Positions 1 to 10,127 are shown, counted from the stretch's first letter. The stretch is 64,000 nucleotides of DNA from Patescibacteria group bacterium (GCA_024654625.1 JANLHB010000005.1:7191-71190), one strand, 5' to 3'. The notes: a model not told the origin generated them from the sequence alone. Numbers and translations: made by a program.

Positions 1-285
1 TCATCTTTAGGCAACACTGAAGAAATTGCACTATTACAAAAATTAATACAATTTCCAAAAGAAATAATGCTAGCAGCCGAAGAATTTAATCCGTCTCGCA
101 TTACTAACCATATTTTTGAAATATCAAGAAGTTTTAATCAATTTTATAACAAACACAAAGTTATATCTGATGATGTACCCCACGAACTAACTGCTGCACG
201 TCTAAATTTTATTCATGCTACGTCCATAGTGTTAAAACAAGGGTTAAACATGATAGGTATTGATGTATTAGAGAGAATGTAATAG
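1..285 (+). CDS. argS: arginyl-tRNA synthetase, C-terminal end (gene start lies left of the window)
   Basis: Frame 1 reads through from position 1 as ...EEIALLQKLIQFPKEIMLAAEEFNPSRITNHIFEISRSFNQFYNKHKV...LNMIGIDVLERM*. This is the typical ArgS DALR anticodon-binding C-terminus, which ends ...M. Confidence 0.8.
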
Positions 286-830
286 GCGACTTCCTTAATG
301 TCTCAAGAATTGAGAGAGGGAAGATAGATTATGAATTTACCAAGTTTGACCTTGGTAAGCTCGTCGACGAACTCTTCGAAGAGTTTAGTCTTAAGATGAA
401 GGAGGAAGGGAAGACGGATCCTAAACTCTACTTTGATACCGAGGTGAAAGGAGAAGTCGTGATAAACGCCGACGAAGGGAAGATCAAGCAAGTCCTCTCC
501 AACCTGATAGATAATTCTATAAAATACACACCTGTCCACCCGAACGGGCCGTCCGGTTTCGTGAAGATTATTTTTACTTTACCTAAAGATAAAGATGTCG
601 CCCTTGTGACTATTAAAGACTCCGGCGCTGGCATGAGCCAAGAAACTATGGGGAGGCTTTTTGATAAGTTCTCTCGGGCAGACAACGCCTCTAAGTTTAA
701 CACTGCCGGTTCCGGCCTCGGCCTCTATGTGGCCAAAGAGTTTATCTCCAAGCACAACGGCCGCCTCTGGGCGGAGAGTGCCGGCGAGGGGAAGGGTAGC
801 ACATTCTTCGTGGAGTTGCCGAAGGGGTAA
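286..830 (+). pseudogene. 5'-truncated sensor histidine kinase fragment, copy 1 of 6 (end of HisKA plus a complete HATPase_c domain); it starts 3 nt after the argS stop and has no H-box
   Basis: Frame 3 translates GDFLNVSRIERGKIDYEF...IDNSIKYT...DSGAGMSQE...GSGLGLYVAKEFISKHNGRLWAESAGEGKGSTFFVELPKG*. The phospho-acceptor His region and the sensor part are absent. Confidence 0.75.
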
Positions 831-840
831 AAAATAAAAA

Positions 841-3459
841 ATGACAGAAAAATATCAAAATAAGTGGATTGATGAAATAAATGAGGCGCATAAAGCTATT
901 AGCAAAATTTGTGTAAAGACAGATGTGAGAAATTTGTCGTGGCTGAAACGTATTGCAGGGATTGATGCGGTTGGGAAATTTGAGAATCAACAAAAGACAG
1001 GCTCTTTTAAATTTAGGGGTGCTTACAATAGATTAAGACGCAATGATCATTTAAGAAATATAATAGTAGCATCAGCGGGAAATCATGGTTTAGCTATAGC
1101 TGAAGCCGCAAAGATTCTTGGATTAAATGCAACAATCTGTATTCCAACAACAGCAAGTCCTCTAAAGCGTAACAGATTAGCTGCTTACGGGTATTCAATC
1201 GTTCCAATAGGAACTCAGCTTGAGGAGTCAACGATTTATGCGAAAAATGTGGCAGAAAAAAATAATTGGGATTTTATTTCTCCATATAATGATTCTCAAA
1301 TTATACAAGGGCAAGCCAGCGTTGCTTTAGAGTTTCTAGAACAGGTCCCCGATATAGATGTCCTTATTGTTCCAGTTGGAGGGGGAGGATTAATTAGTGG
1401 GGTAGGACTCATAGCAAAACAGATAAAACCGGGGATAAAAATAATCGGAGTTGAAGCAGAATCATATTCTTCAGTAGCGTCTTCGCTTAAAGCGGGTAAA
1501 ATAAAAAAAGTAATTAATTATCCAACTTTTGCTGACGGATTGGCTGTGAATCTTGAAGACCGCAGTATCACTTTCGATATAATAAAACAAATTGCAGATG
1601 ACATAATTTTAGTGAATGAAGAAGAGATAGCCGCCGCAGTGTTGGCATTGCTTTATCATGAGAGTCAATTAGTTGAACCGTCTGGAGCTGTAGGTTTGGC
1701 GGCTGTGATAAGTGGTAAAATCAGAACTGGAGCTAAGATTGGTATTATATTTAGTGGAGGGAATATAACGACTGGGAATCTCACTAAAATAATGAATTTC
1801 CCATTTCAAGATAAAAATTTATTTGATTTTATTAATATACATGGAGAAAAAATCTTACACAAAGTTCCACTAAAGGGTATTGATTTTTCTCTTCAAGGGT
1901 ATAAACAAAGAGGATTTCTTTCAGAAAATCAAGAGCTGGATGCACGAGAAGATATTGAATATTTGACAACAAGATTTGATGAAATAAAGCAGATTGTCCA
2001 CCGTATTCAAAATAGACTGAAAGAATATTTGGATTATTGTAATGTAGAGAAATTGAATGTTGATGAATCTGCGGTGTATACAATAACAAATCTCGAAAGA
2101 AATATTACTGAACTACTTGAACAAAACAAAGTGATAAATTTAAATTCAAATTTATCACCTGTTGAGTATGGTAGGCAGGTTACATCTAAATTACAAGCAT
2201 ATAGGTCACTTCTTCACATGGTGATGGTATCTTCGATGGTGCTTGATTGGAGGTCAGCTTCATATGGTCAGAGTTGGGATACTATGTTTTTCGCTTTGGA
2301 TAGTCAGGGGAATCCGGGGGTTAATTATAATAGATACGAAAGCAATCAATTGATTTCTGTAGAAAGGCAACTAGCTGAAGTATTAGGGCTTAATCAAGAA
2401 GAAATTGGACTTTTAGTAACATCTTCCGGTATGGCGGCTTATAATATTATTGAAGCTTATCTTCAGCGACATGTTTTAAAGCCAGGTGACACTGTATTGA
2501 TTCCCCAATATATATATTTTGAAACTGATGAACAGATATCGAAATTACCAAACATAAATATTAAACGAGCTAATACTCATGATATTAATGAAATATGCAA
2601 CCTCATTAAAAAAAATAAACCCAAGGTCGTTTTTCTTGATCCATTGACAAATACTGTTGAATTGCGTTTGACAGATGTAGGGGCTGTGATTAAACATATC
2701 TCGAAAGAGAATCTTAAAAATGATATCTATTTTGTTGTTGATGGAACAATGATGTCAGGGGAAATAAATCCATTCCCCGCAAGTGGTGCAAATTCTCGCG
2801 TGAAAGTTTTATATTATGATAGTTGCAGTAAATACCTTCAGTTGGGACTTGATATTGCCATGGGTGGGCTTGTCGCCATCCCAGTTGAATTTACCGCATT
2901 ATTTGATCGATTAAGGAGAAATACCGGGACAATTATGTATGATTCAGCTAGTAATATATTTCCAACATATTCACGCGAGATACATAGCAAAAGAATGAGA
3001 AGAATGAGTAGAAATGCGATTTTAATCAGTAATGCTATTAATCGAGATAATGAACTCTCTCGGGTGGTGCGAGTTCATTATCCTAATTTGAAATCACATC
3101 CTGATTATGCGCTGGCAGAGAGGTTTAATTCTGTCGGAGGTTTAGTGACTTTTACTTTTACCGACCCTTTTCTTAATCAGCGTGATTCACTAAATAGTTT
3201 CATAGAGACCGCGTTGTCTGTTGCGAAAAAATATGGTATTTCATTGACAAAAGGTGTAAGTTTTGGATTTTCTCTCCCTAGAATATCAGCGGCAACAGCT
3301 ATGGCAGAAAATTCGCCGCCTTTCTTGAGATTGTCGGCTGGAGACAGATCTTACAATGAAACAACATTACTTGCCGACGCTCTTATCGAAGCCTTTAGAA
3401 ATTATATTCATAGTTTTGATAGCCTTAATGATTGTAATAGTGAGACTTCTTCCTCTTAG
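841..3459 (+). CDS. two-domain PLP enzyme: an N-terminal fold-type II threonine/serine dehydratase-like domain fused to a C-terminal fold-type I Cys/Met-metabolism PLP enzyme (cystathionine gamma-synthase / methionine gamma-lyase family)
   Basis: The N-terminal part has GSFKFRGA (PLP lysine), SAGNHG and VGGGGLISG. The C-terminal part has LVTSSGMAAY, VVDGTMMSG and DSCSKYLQLGLDIAMGG (the S-x-x-K PLP lysine context of the CGS family). A ~150-aa linker separates the two parts. Confidence 0.65.
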   Translation: MTEKYQNKWIDEINEAHKAISKICVKTDVRNLSWLKRIAGIDAVGKFENQQKTGSFKFRGAYNRLRRNDHLRNIIVASAGNHGLAIAEAAKILGLNATICIPTTASPLKRNRLAAYGYSIVPIGTQLEESTIYAKNVAEKNNWDFISPYNDSQIIQGQASVALEFLEQVPDIDVLIVPVGGGGLISGVGLIAKQIKPGIKIIGVEAESYSSVASSLKAGKIKKVINYPTFADGLAVNLEDRSITFDIIKQIADDIILVNEEEIAAAVLALLYHESQLVEPSGAVGLAAVISGKIRTGAKIGIIFSGGNITTGNLTKIMNFPFQDKNLFDFINIHGEKILHKVPLKGIDFSLQGYKQRGFLSENQELDAREDIEYLTTRFDEIKQIVHRIQNRLKEYLDYCNVEKLNVDESAVYTITNLERNITELLEQNKVINLNSNLSPVEYGRQVTSKLQAYRSLLHMVMVSSMVLDWRSASYGQSWDTMFFALDSQGNPGVNYNRYESNQLISVERQLAEVLGLNQEEIGLLVTSSGMAAYNIIEAYLQRHVLKPGDTVLIPQYIYFETDEQISKLPNINIKRANTHDINEICNLIKKNKPKVVFLDPLTNTVELRLTDVGAVIKHISKENLKNDIYFVVDGTMMSGEINPFPASGANSRVKVLYYDSCSKYLQLGLDIAMGGLVAIPVEFTALFDRLRRNTGTIMYDSASNIFPTYSREIHSKRMRRMSRNAILISNAINRDNELSRVVRVHYPNLKSHPDYALAERFNSVGGLVTFTFTDPFLNQRDSLNSFIETALSVAKKYGISLTKGVSFGFSLPRISAATAMAENSPPFLRLSAGDRSYNETTLLADALIEAFRNYIHSFDSLNDCNSETSSS

Positions 3460-3489
3460 GATTTTTATTGGAATTATAATTTAATATAT

Positions 3490-4035
3490 TTGTTTATGGA
3501 GAAATCAAATTTTTTTGAAAAACGTATTGAAAGAATGCATAATGCCATAGAAATGGTTCCCACCAAAATTGAAGATATTGATCTTATTGCATCTTGGGAA
3601 TCAAAAGAACCAAATATAATATCTTGGACTAAAGAAAAACATGAATCTATAATAAATAATCCGCAATTCTTACACCTTCTAATTAGTAAGAAAGGTGATA
3701 ATATTGTTCCTGTTGGGTACTCTATTTTGGAAAAGGATTCGCCGGATGAATTGTCTCTAGAGTTTATACGTCTCGTTATATGTGATGAATACAAGAATAA
3801 GGGTTATGGAGTCCTAGCTTTTGAAAATATTTGGGAATTAGCTTTTGATAAATTAAAATATTCTAGAGTTTGGCATGATGTATTTATTGAAAATGAAAAG
3901 GCTATTAATCTTTACGAGAAACTTGGTTATAAAAAATTTAAAACTAGCATTGATTTAACATCCGGTAGAGAGTTGATTTTTTACGAAATGTCTAGCGATG
4001 ATTATTTTTCTAGAGAGAAAGATAATAATTCTTAA
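3490..4035 (+). CDS. GNAT-family N-acetyltransferase
   Basis: Acetyl-CoA motif A-like RLVICDEYKNKGYG and motif B-like NEKAINLYEKLGY. The length is 181 aa. Confidence 0.65.
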   Translation: MFMEKSNFFEKRIERMHNAIEMVPTKIEDIDLIASWESKEPNIISWTKEKHESIINNPQFLHLLISKKGDNIVPVGYSILEKDSPDELSLEFIRLVICDEYKNKGYGVLAFENIWELAFDKLKYSRVWHDVFIENEKAINLYEKLGYKKFKTSIDLTSGRELIFYEMSSDDYFSREKDNNS

Positions 4036-4156
4036 GATATATATTGTGCATAATATCAATATTACGTGGGCCACATTCAATAAGTAATTGCAACTATTAA
4101 TACATAGTGTTATATTTTAATTATTATTAACAGGGCAGAAAATTAAGTAAATTTTT

Positions 4157-6712
4157 ATGGAAAAGCCACCTGATATGCCTAATATCCCCAAAAACTTAAA
4201 CGAAGCGGAAAAAAAAGTTGAAGAAAAAGAAAGATATAATCCTTTTGAAAAAGAAAAATACTGGCAAGATTTCTGGGAAAAGGAAGGTATCTATAAATTT
4301 GATCCTGAGCAACCGGGCCCTCTTTATACTGTAGATACTCCGCCACCAACAATCTCCGGGTCATTGCACCTTGGGCATATTTTTTCTTATACTCAAGCGG
4401 AGGTAATCTCGCGGTTTAAAAGAATGCAAGGGAATAATGTTCGTTATTCTTTTGGTTTTGATAATAATGGTTTGCCAACAGAAAGGTTGGTGGAAAAGGA
4501 ACTTGGGATAAGAGGCGCTAATATGGATTTAGAAGATTTCACAAAAAGCTGCCTTGATATTACGAATAAATATAAACACCTTTATGAAGATCTATGGAAA
4601 TCAATAGGTCTTAGTGTAGACTGGCGACTAGAATATTCCAGTATTTCGCCGGAAGTTCAAAAGAAATCCCAGTCCACTTTTAAGGAGTTATATGAGAGAG
4701 GGGTTATTTATAAAAAAAATGCCCCGGCTCTTTATTGCACAGAGTGTCAGACTTCATTTGCTCAAGCTGAAAAAGAAGATAAAGAAAAAGAAGCTGTTTT
4801 TTATGATTTATCATTTAAGACTGAAGATGATCAGGAATTGATCGTCGCAACAACTCGCCCTGAATTACTGCCCGCATGCAGTGCTGTTTTTGTTAATCCG
4901 GACGATATTAGATTTAAAAACTTAATCGGTAAGAAAGTTATCACTCCCTTGGGAGATGGGGTTGAAATAATGGCTGATGAGAAAGTTGAAAAAGATAAAG
5001 GCTCCGGGGCGGTGATGTGCTGCACCTATGGTGATGAAACAGATATCTATTGGACAAAAAAATATAATTTGAATGAAAAAATCATATTAAACAGATATGG
5101 AAAATTTGAAGATGTAGATGAATTGCCTGACTTGAAAGGGAGGAGAGTAAATGAAGCTAGGAAAATTATCGTTGAAAAATTAAAGTCTGACGGGTTTATA
5201 AAAAAAGAAGAACAGATCAAGCATAATGTTGATGTTCATGAGAGATGCGGTACCCTGGTGGAATTTTTACCGACTACTCAGTGGTTTATGAAAGTACTCG
5301 ATATGAAAGAACGCCTCTTGGATGCGGGAACTCAAATAAAGTGGCATCCTTCATATATGAAGACAAGGTATGAAGATTGGATTAATGGTCTAAAGTGGGA
5401 TTGGTGTATTTCAAGAGAAAGATTTTACGGAATACCAATCCCTGTATTTAGCTGCGATAATTGTGAGAACGTTTTAATCCCAGAGGAAGATCAATTCCCG
5501 ATTGACCCCAAAAAAGAGAAAAATATTCATAATTGTACTGCTTGCGGTGAAGGTAAAATGCTCCCGGAGAAAAATGTCTTGGATACATGGTTTACCTCGT
5601 CTTTATCGCCAGACATAAATAATGACAATCCATTAAATGGCGGATTGAATGGCAAGTTATATCCAATGTCGGTGAGGCCTCAAGCTCACGATATAATTAG
5701 AACATGGGCTGTGTATTCTATCTTGATGGGCTTGTATAAGCATAATGAGATTCCGTGGAGAGATTTAATGATCTCCGGACATATTTTGGTGCAGGAGGGA
5801 GAAAAGATTAGTAAGAAGACCGGTGGAGGAAAATATAAGCCGGAAGAATTAATTGCGACACATTCAGCGGATGCTGTCAGGTATGCGATGTGTGGCGCTT
5901 CGTTAGGCAGAGATTCATATTTTGACGAAAAGGAAGTGAAGAAGGGTAAAAAATTAGTCACTAAAATCTATAATGCCGGCAAGCTGGTGCTTAGTAAACT
6001 GGAAGGATTTGATCCTAAAGTAGAAATAAAAGAAGATGAGCTGGAGGCAATTGACAGGTGGATATTAGACAGATCATTTGAGACGGCAAGTAAGATGTCT
6101 GAATCTTTTGAAAATTATGAATTCAGCCAAGCGCGCCAGATTTTTGAAGACTTTTTTTGGAAAGATTTTTGTGATAATTATTTGGAGATTGTAAAAAGGA
6201 GGCTGGCAATAAAGCCGGACGATAATAAAGAGAAAATGTCAGCGCAATTCACGTCTTACAATTGTTTTCTTAGTGTTATGAAGATGGCTTCTCCTTTTAT
6301 CCCTCATATAACAGAAGAAATGTTCCACGCTCAAACAGTAAAGAAAGAAGATAATGGAGTTGTAAAAGAATCTGTTAGCTCGGAAAGTGGTGGTGGTTAT
6401 TTTTCCAATAATGAAAATATTAAAAGTATACATAGTACTCAGTGGCCATCAACATCACTTGAGTATTCTAATCATGAAAATAATGAAAATGCCAATTTAG
6501 CCTTAGATGTTATCTCAAAAATAAGAAGATTTAAGACTGATAATAAAATAAAATTTGGTACACAAATTACTTTGTTAAAAATAAGATGTCGAGAAGAACA
6601 AAAAAATAAATTAAACGGTTTTTTAGATGATATTACTTCTTTAGCAAAGGCAAATAGTGTTGAAATCGAAATAACAAGTGACGAAGAACTGATTGTAGAG
6701 ATTAGAGTTTAA
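4157..6712 (+). CDS. class Ia aminoacyl-tRNA synthetase (Leu/Ile/Val family), divergent copy with KISKK in place of the canonical KMSKS
   Basis: HIGH region SGSLHLGHIFSY...RFKRMQGNNV...GFDNNGLPTE; WDWCISRERFYGIPIP; DTWFTSS; GEKISKKTGG. The length is 851 aa. It has its own TTGCAA-17-TATATT promoter at about 4098-4126. Confidence 0.6.
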   Translation: MEKPPDMPNIPKNLNEAEKKVEEKERYNPFEKEKYWQDFWEKEGIYKFDPEQPGPLYTVDTPPPTISGSLHLGHIFSYTQAEVISRFKRMQGNNVRYSFGFDNNGLPTERLVEKELGIRGANMDLEDFTKSCLDITNKYKHLYEDLWKSIGLSVDWRLEYSSISPEVQKKSQSTFKELYERGVIYKKNAPALYCTECQTSFAQAEKEDKEKEAVFYDLSFKTEDDQELIVATTRPELLPACSAVFVNPDDIRFKNLIGKKVITPLGDGVEIMADEKVEKDKGSGAVMCCTYGDETDIYWTKKYNLNEKIILNRYGKFEDVDELPDLKGRRVNEARKIIVEKLKSDGFIKKEEQIKHNVDVHERCGTLVEFLPTTQWFMKVLDMKERLLDAGTQIKWHPSYMKTRYEDWINGLKWDWCISRERFYGIPIPVFSCDNCENVLIPEEDQFPIDPKKEKNIHNCTACGEGKMLPEKNVLDTWFTSSLSPDINNDNPLNGGLNGKLYPMSVRPQAHDIIRTWAVYSILMGLYKHNEIPWRDLMISGHILVQEGEKISKKTGGGKYKPEELIATHSADAVRYAMCGASLGRDSYFDEKEVKKGKKLVTKIYNAGKLVLSKLEGFDPKVEIKEDELEAIDRWILDRSFETASKMSESFENYEFSQARQIFEDFFWKDFCDNYLEIVKRRLAIKPDDNKEKMSAQFTSYNCFLSVMKMASPFIPHITEEMFHAQTVKKEDNGVVKESVSSESGGGYFSNNENIKSIHSTQWPSTSLEYSNHENNENANLALDVISKIRRFKTDNKIKFGTQITLLKIRCREEQKNKLNGFLDDITSLAKANSVEIEITSDEELIVEIRV

Positions 6713-6722
6713 TTTATTTAGA

Positions 6723-6978
6723 CTGCCCTCGTGACTATTAAAGACTCCGGCGCTGGCATGAGCCAAGAGACGTTGGATAAAATCTTCGAGAAATTCAACC
6801 GAGCTAAAGATGCCTCCAAGTTCAACACCGAAGGCTCCGGCCTCGGCCTCTACGTGGCTAAAGAGTTCATCGCCAAGCACAACGGCAAGTTGTGGGCGGA
6901 GTCAGCGAGCGTCCCGCCGTGGCGGGATAAAAAGGGAAAGGTAGCACATTCTTCGTGGAGTTGCCGAGGGAGTAGGGG
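6723..6978 (+). pseudogene. histidine-kinase 3' fragment, copy 2 (HATPase_c tail, frameshifted by a ~25-bp insertion that contains the palindrome cccgccgtggcggg)
   Basis: Translation: VTIKDSGAGMSQETLDKIFEKFNRAKDASKFNTEGSGLGLYVAKEFIAKHNGKLWAESA, then the insertion, then ggtagcacattcttcgtggagttgccgaggg. A 38-bp stretch is identical to copy 1. The rest diverges mainly at synonymous sites. Confidence 0.75.
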
Positions 6979-6980
6979 GG

Positions 6981-7469
6981 ATGATAAATATGTTTTATTT
7001 TATAAAAATTATAAATATTTTAAGAAAAATATATTGGTTTATATTCAGGCCTACCACAATAGGGGTCAGGCTTCTAAATATATACAATAATGAAGTTTTA
7101 CTTGTAAAACATACTTATTCTAGTAGCTGGTATTTACCCGGAGGAGGTGCTAAAAATGGAATAGATATTATAGACTCGCTTAAGAGAGAAATTAAAGAAG
7201 AACTCAATATAGATCTTAACGAAGGTCAATTGAGTAGTGCCGATCTGTTTGGAGTTTATGATAATTTCCAGGAATATAAAAACGATTATATCTTTCTGTT
7301 TATCTTAGATAATTTAAAATTAAATTTAACTAAAGCAAAAAATATTGAAATAGAAGAGGCTGGATATTTCAATATTAATAATCTCCCTGGTAGCATATCT
7401 GCCGGTACAAAAAGAAGAATAAATGAGTTTTTATCAAGAAAAGATAAAGTAATAATAAGTAAGTGGTAG
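6981..7469 (+). CDS. NUDIX hydrolase
   Basis: Nudix box LPGGGAKNGIDIIDSLKREIKEELNI. The start follows the gaggg/gggggg stretch at the end of the fragment, which can act as a Shine-Dalgarno sequence. Confidence 0.6.
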   Translation: MINMFYFIKIINILRKIYWFIFRPTTIGVRLLNIYNNEVLLVKHTYSSSWYLPGGGAKNGIDIIDSLKREIKEELNIDLNEGQLSSADLFGVYDNFQEYKNDYIFLFILDNLKLNLTKAKNIEIEEAGYFNINNLPGSISAGTKRRINEFLSRKDKVIISKW

Positions 7470-8749
7470 AGAAAGAAAATAAAATAAAGGCATTAACTCA
7501 ATACAGAGGATTTACTGTTCTTAAGTCTCTGGAGGCAGCTAGTGAAAGAATAGAAATATTAAAAGATATATTGGGAATTAGTGATAATCTAGAATTATTG
7601 AATATTGCAAAAAACGATCCAGAAAAGATACTTTCAAATCTCGGTAATTTATACGACGCCATAGGACCTCGGTCTATGGGGATCAATCCGACCCCTGTAT
7701 GTAATAGACAGTGTACTTTCTGTTCTAGTAGGCAAAGAAATAAGATAAATATAGAAGATAATATTGAAATAACGGAGGATAAATTAAGGAAAGTTTTTGA
7801 AGATTTTATAAGCATGAAAGGGGGAGGGTGTGTGCTGGTTGGTGGAGGAGAGGCATTATTAGCCTGCAAAGGCAAACTTAATGAAGTTATTAATGATTAT
7901 GATTTATATTATGGATTCAATACAAATGGTGTGAATTTGGATAAATTTACGCATGAAAAATTATTAGAAAAAACAAAATGGGTATCACTCAGTTTAATTG
8001 GACACAATAAAGATACATATAATTCTACAGCTGGATTAGATTCTTCAAGTGGTCAGTTTGATGTATTAAATGATAATCTTAAAAAATATATAGAAATAGC
8101 TGATGATTTAAATAGGGAAGGTAAAAGTCATCCCTATATATCAGCAAAAATATTGATATGTAGAGAGAATTATTTATATTCCGGAGAAATATATAATTAT
8201 GCAAAATATTTAGGATTCAAAGATATTTCCCTGAGATGCGTAAACAATTTTGAAATAGAAGAAGAATATAGAAAGAGAAAAATTATTCCTCAAGATATAG
8301 AGCTAACTAAGAAGGAGAAAGAGCAGATAAAAAGTATATTAACCAAAGAAACCGATTTATCAGAAGAGATAATATTTAATATATTGGGTTTACGGGATAA
8401 AATTAAAAATGATACGGTGGTTATAAACCCTACGCTATGTTGGAATGTAGTATTAGGTTTAATAATAAATTTAGATACAAACGGAGAAGTTTTTCTATGT
8501 AACCCAAGGATAGGAATGGAAAGTTTTAGTATTGGAAACATTAATTCAATGAGTCTAAAAAGTCTTTGGAGTGGTTCTATCCATGTTGATGTTGTTAAAA
8601 AAACTTATAAAACATTTAATAAGGGCGCTTGTGACTTAAGTAAATGTCGACACTTTCGTGTAGATCAAGTTATAGAGCAGTTTTTAGAAGGAAAGATATC
8701 ATTAAAAGATAGAAGTTTCGGTGATAAGCAAATGAGTTTTTTCCCTTAG
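7463..8749 (+). CDS. radical SAM protein with a C-terminal SPASM/twitch-like Cys-rich domain and a ~75-aa N-terminal extension
   Basis: CNRQCTFC (CxxxCxxC). C-terminal motifs: NLDTNGEVFLCNP and GACDLSKCRHF. Confidence 0.6.
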   Translation: MVEKENKIKALTQYRGFTVLKSLEAASERIEILKDILGISDNLELLNIAKNDPEKILSNLGNLYDAIGPRSMGINPTPVCNRQCTFCSSRQRNKINIEDNIEITEDKLRKVFEDFISMKGGGCVLVGGGEALLACKGKLNEVINDYDLYYGFNTNGVNLDKFTHEKLLEKTKWVSLSLIGHNKDTYNSTAGLDSSSGQFDVLNDNLKKYIEIADDLNREGKSHPYISAKILICRENYLYSGEIYNYAKYLGFKDISLRCVNNFEIEEEYRKRKIIPQDIELTKKEKEQIKSILTKETDLSEEIIFNILGLRDKIKNDTVVINPTLCWNVVLGLIINLDTNGEVFLCNPRIGMESFSIGNINSMSLKSLWSGSIHVDVVKKTYKTFNKGACDLSKCRHFRVDQVIEQFLEGKISLKDRSFGDKQMSFFP

Positions 8750-8753
8750 AGTT

Positions 8754-8988
8754 TTTTGGAGAAATTCAACCGCGCAGACAACGCCTCCAAGTTCAATACT
8801 GCCGGTTCCGGCCTCGGCCTCTATGTGGCTAAAGCCCCAACACTATCGCTTATCGCGAAAGTGAGGGGTAAAAATTCATCGCCAAGCACAACGGCAAGTT
8901 GTGGGCGGAGTCTGCCGGCGAGGGCAAAGGTAGCACATTCTTCGTGGAGTTGCCGTTAATCTCGACTGGTGTTGAGAAGAAGGGGTAA
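8754..8988 (+). pseudogene. histidine-kinase 3' fragment, copy 3 (disrupted by two short insertions)
   Basis: EKFNRADNASKFNTAGSGLGLYVAK [~40-bp insertion] FIAKHNGKLWAESAGEGKGSTFFVELP [~24-bp insertion] aaggggtaa. Confidence 0.75.
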
Positions 8989-9001
8989 AATGAGGTATAA
9001 T
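8972..9001 (+). promoter_or_regulatory. sigma70-like promoter TTGAGA-18-TATAAT, 7 nt upstream of the ATG at 9009 (leaderless-type arrangement)
   Basis: ttgaga at 8972-8977, which lies inside the second insertion of copy 3. tataat at 8996-9001, followed by ctctata and the ATG. Confidence 0.4.
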
Positions 9002-9008
9002 CTCTATA

Positions 9009-9893
9009 ATGAAATTTGAATTTAGAATCTCAAAATGGGCGAATTTTTATTATTTTGTCCAGAATCTCTCAGAATGGCATTTTAGTAATCGTAAAGATTA
9101 TAATATTTTTTGGAGAGAAAAGCTCAAATCTTTCTCAAAAGATGAGGAATCTGTATTAGAAAAATTTAAAGAGATTAGATTTAAATACCCTAAGACAAAA
9201 AGTTGTTTTGAAAGGGCTTTTTTTCTGTCAGAAAGCCCTTTTGAAGAATTGAATAAATGTTTATCTGAAAGAGAATATTTAACAATGAAGGAAATTTTTA
9301 ATGTTTTAGAGGATAAGTTTGATGCTCTGTATAAAGAAGATGAAGTTCTTCTTAAAAAATGGAAAGATGCATTGAGTGAAGAATCTAATGATAAAAACCT
9401 TATAATAAAAATATTGTCTATATTAAAAATCTTATACAAAAGCAATATTGATACACAAGAAGTTTCTGTCACTCTTTTATTTTCTACTCCTGAGCACATA
9501 GGAGGTGGTGCCAATATAGACCGCAATATGATTAGTCTAGAAGTTTCCCGTTACCCGATAGAAAATATAAATCAAGCCATAGGTATTATTTGGCATGAAA
9601 TAATACATTTGATGTTTCAAGAACGGTATTTTTCATTATTATTGGATTATTTTAAGGAAGATGAGCAGGTAGCTGACCTTGTTAATGAGTTAACCGCTGG
9701 ATCATTATTTCCAAATGGAATTTTAGGTATACGAATATTAAAGAATAAACCATCTACTCAATTATTGCCACAAGTTACCAAAGGGCAAACTATTATGATT
9801 ATTAATTTGGCAAAGGAGTATGTTGAAAAAGGCAGTCAACTGGACAGGAATTTTATCAATAGGTTGATAGATATTATTAAGGAGAAGAATTAA
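9009..9893 (+). CDS. hypothetical protein with an HExxH motif; putative zinc metallopeptidase
   Basis: WHEIIHLMF. There is no other recognisable domain. A convergent terminator hairpin at 9905-9938 follows it. Confidence 0.35.
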   Translation: MKFEFRISKWANFYYFVQNLSEWHFSNRKDYNIFWREKLKSFSKDEESVLEKFKEIRFKYPKTKSCFERAFFLSESPFEELNKCLSEREYLTMKEIFNVLEDKFDALYKEDEVLLKKWKDALSEESNDKNLIIKILSILKILYKSNIDTQEVSVTLLFSTPEHIGGGANIDRNMISLEVSRYPIENINQAIGIIWHEIIHLMFQERYFSLLLDYFKEDEQVADLVNELTAGSLFPNGILGIRILKNKPSTQLLPQVTKGQTIMIINLAKEYVEKGSQLDRNFINRLIDIIKEKN

Positions 9894-9944
9894 AAAAATG
9901 TCCGTCTGAGAAAATAAATTCTCAAACGGACATTTTGGAGGGGG

Positions 9945-10127
9945 TTAACCGCTTATGTCTCCCCACCCTGGGTCGCCGCCGCCGAGGTCGTCCCAATTAC
10001 CCCATTGGTCATCCCAGCCCTTAACGTCTTGTGCTTCTTGCTCTCGACATTCGCGCGGTGTGGCGTTTATGTCGAGGAGACTCCTTGTCCTTTCAGAAGC
10101 TCCCTTGATTGCGTTTGAGCCTGTCAT
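9945..10127 (-). CDS. 60-aa Trp/Asp/Gly-rich small protein translationally coupled to the upstream radical SAM-SPASM gene; candidate RiPP precursor peptide
   Basis: MTGSNAIKGASERTRSLLDINATPRECREQEAQDVKGWDDQWGNWDDLGGGDPGWGDISG. On the minus strand a strong SD, gaaaggagataaaaATG, overlaps the last codons of the radical SAM gene. The region is a local GC-rich patch. Confidence 0.45.
   Translation of the reverse strand: MTGSNAIKGASERTRSLLDINATPRECREQEAQDVKGWDDQWGNWDDLGGGDPGWGDISG

Noticed and set aside
303-703. Minus-strand ORFs (303-539 and 428-703) inside kinase-fragment copy 1.
   Set aside because: They are antisense to a well-conserved HATPase_c coding frame. They are artefacts of the GC-rich fragment.
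6731-7090. Listed 119-aa ORF spanning kinase-fragment copy 2 and running into the NUDIX start region.
   Set aside because: Its first 60 residues are the kinase tail. After the 25-bp hairpin insertion the frame is shifted and the remainder is nonsense. It is treated as a pseudogene fragment, not a gene.
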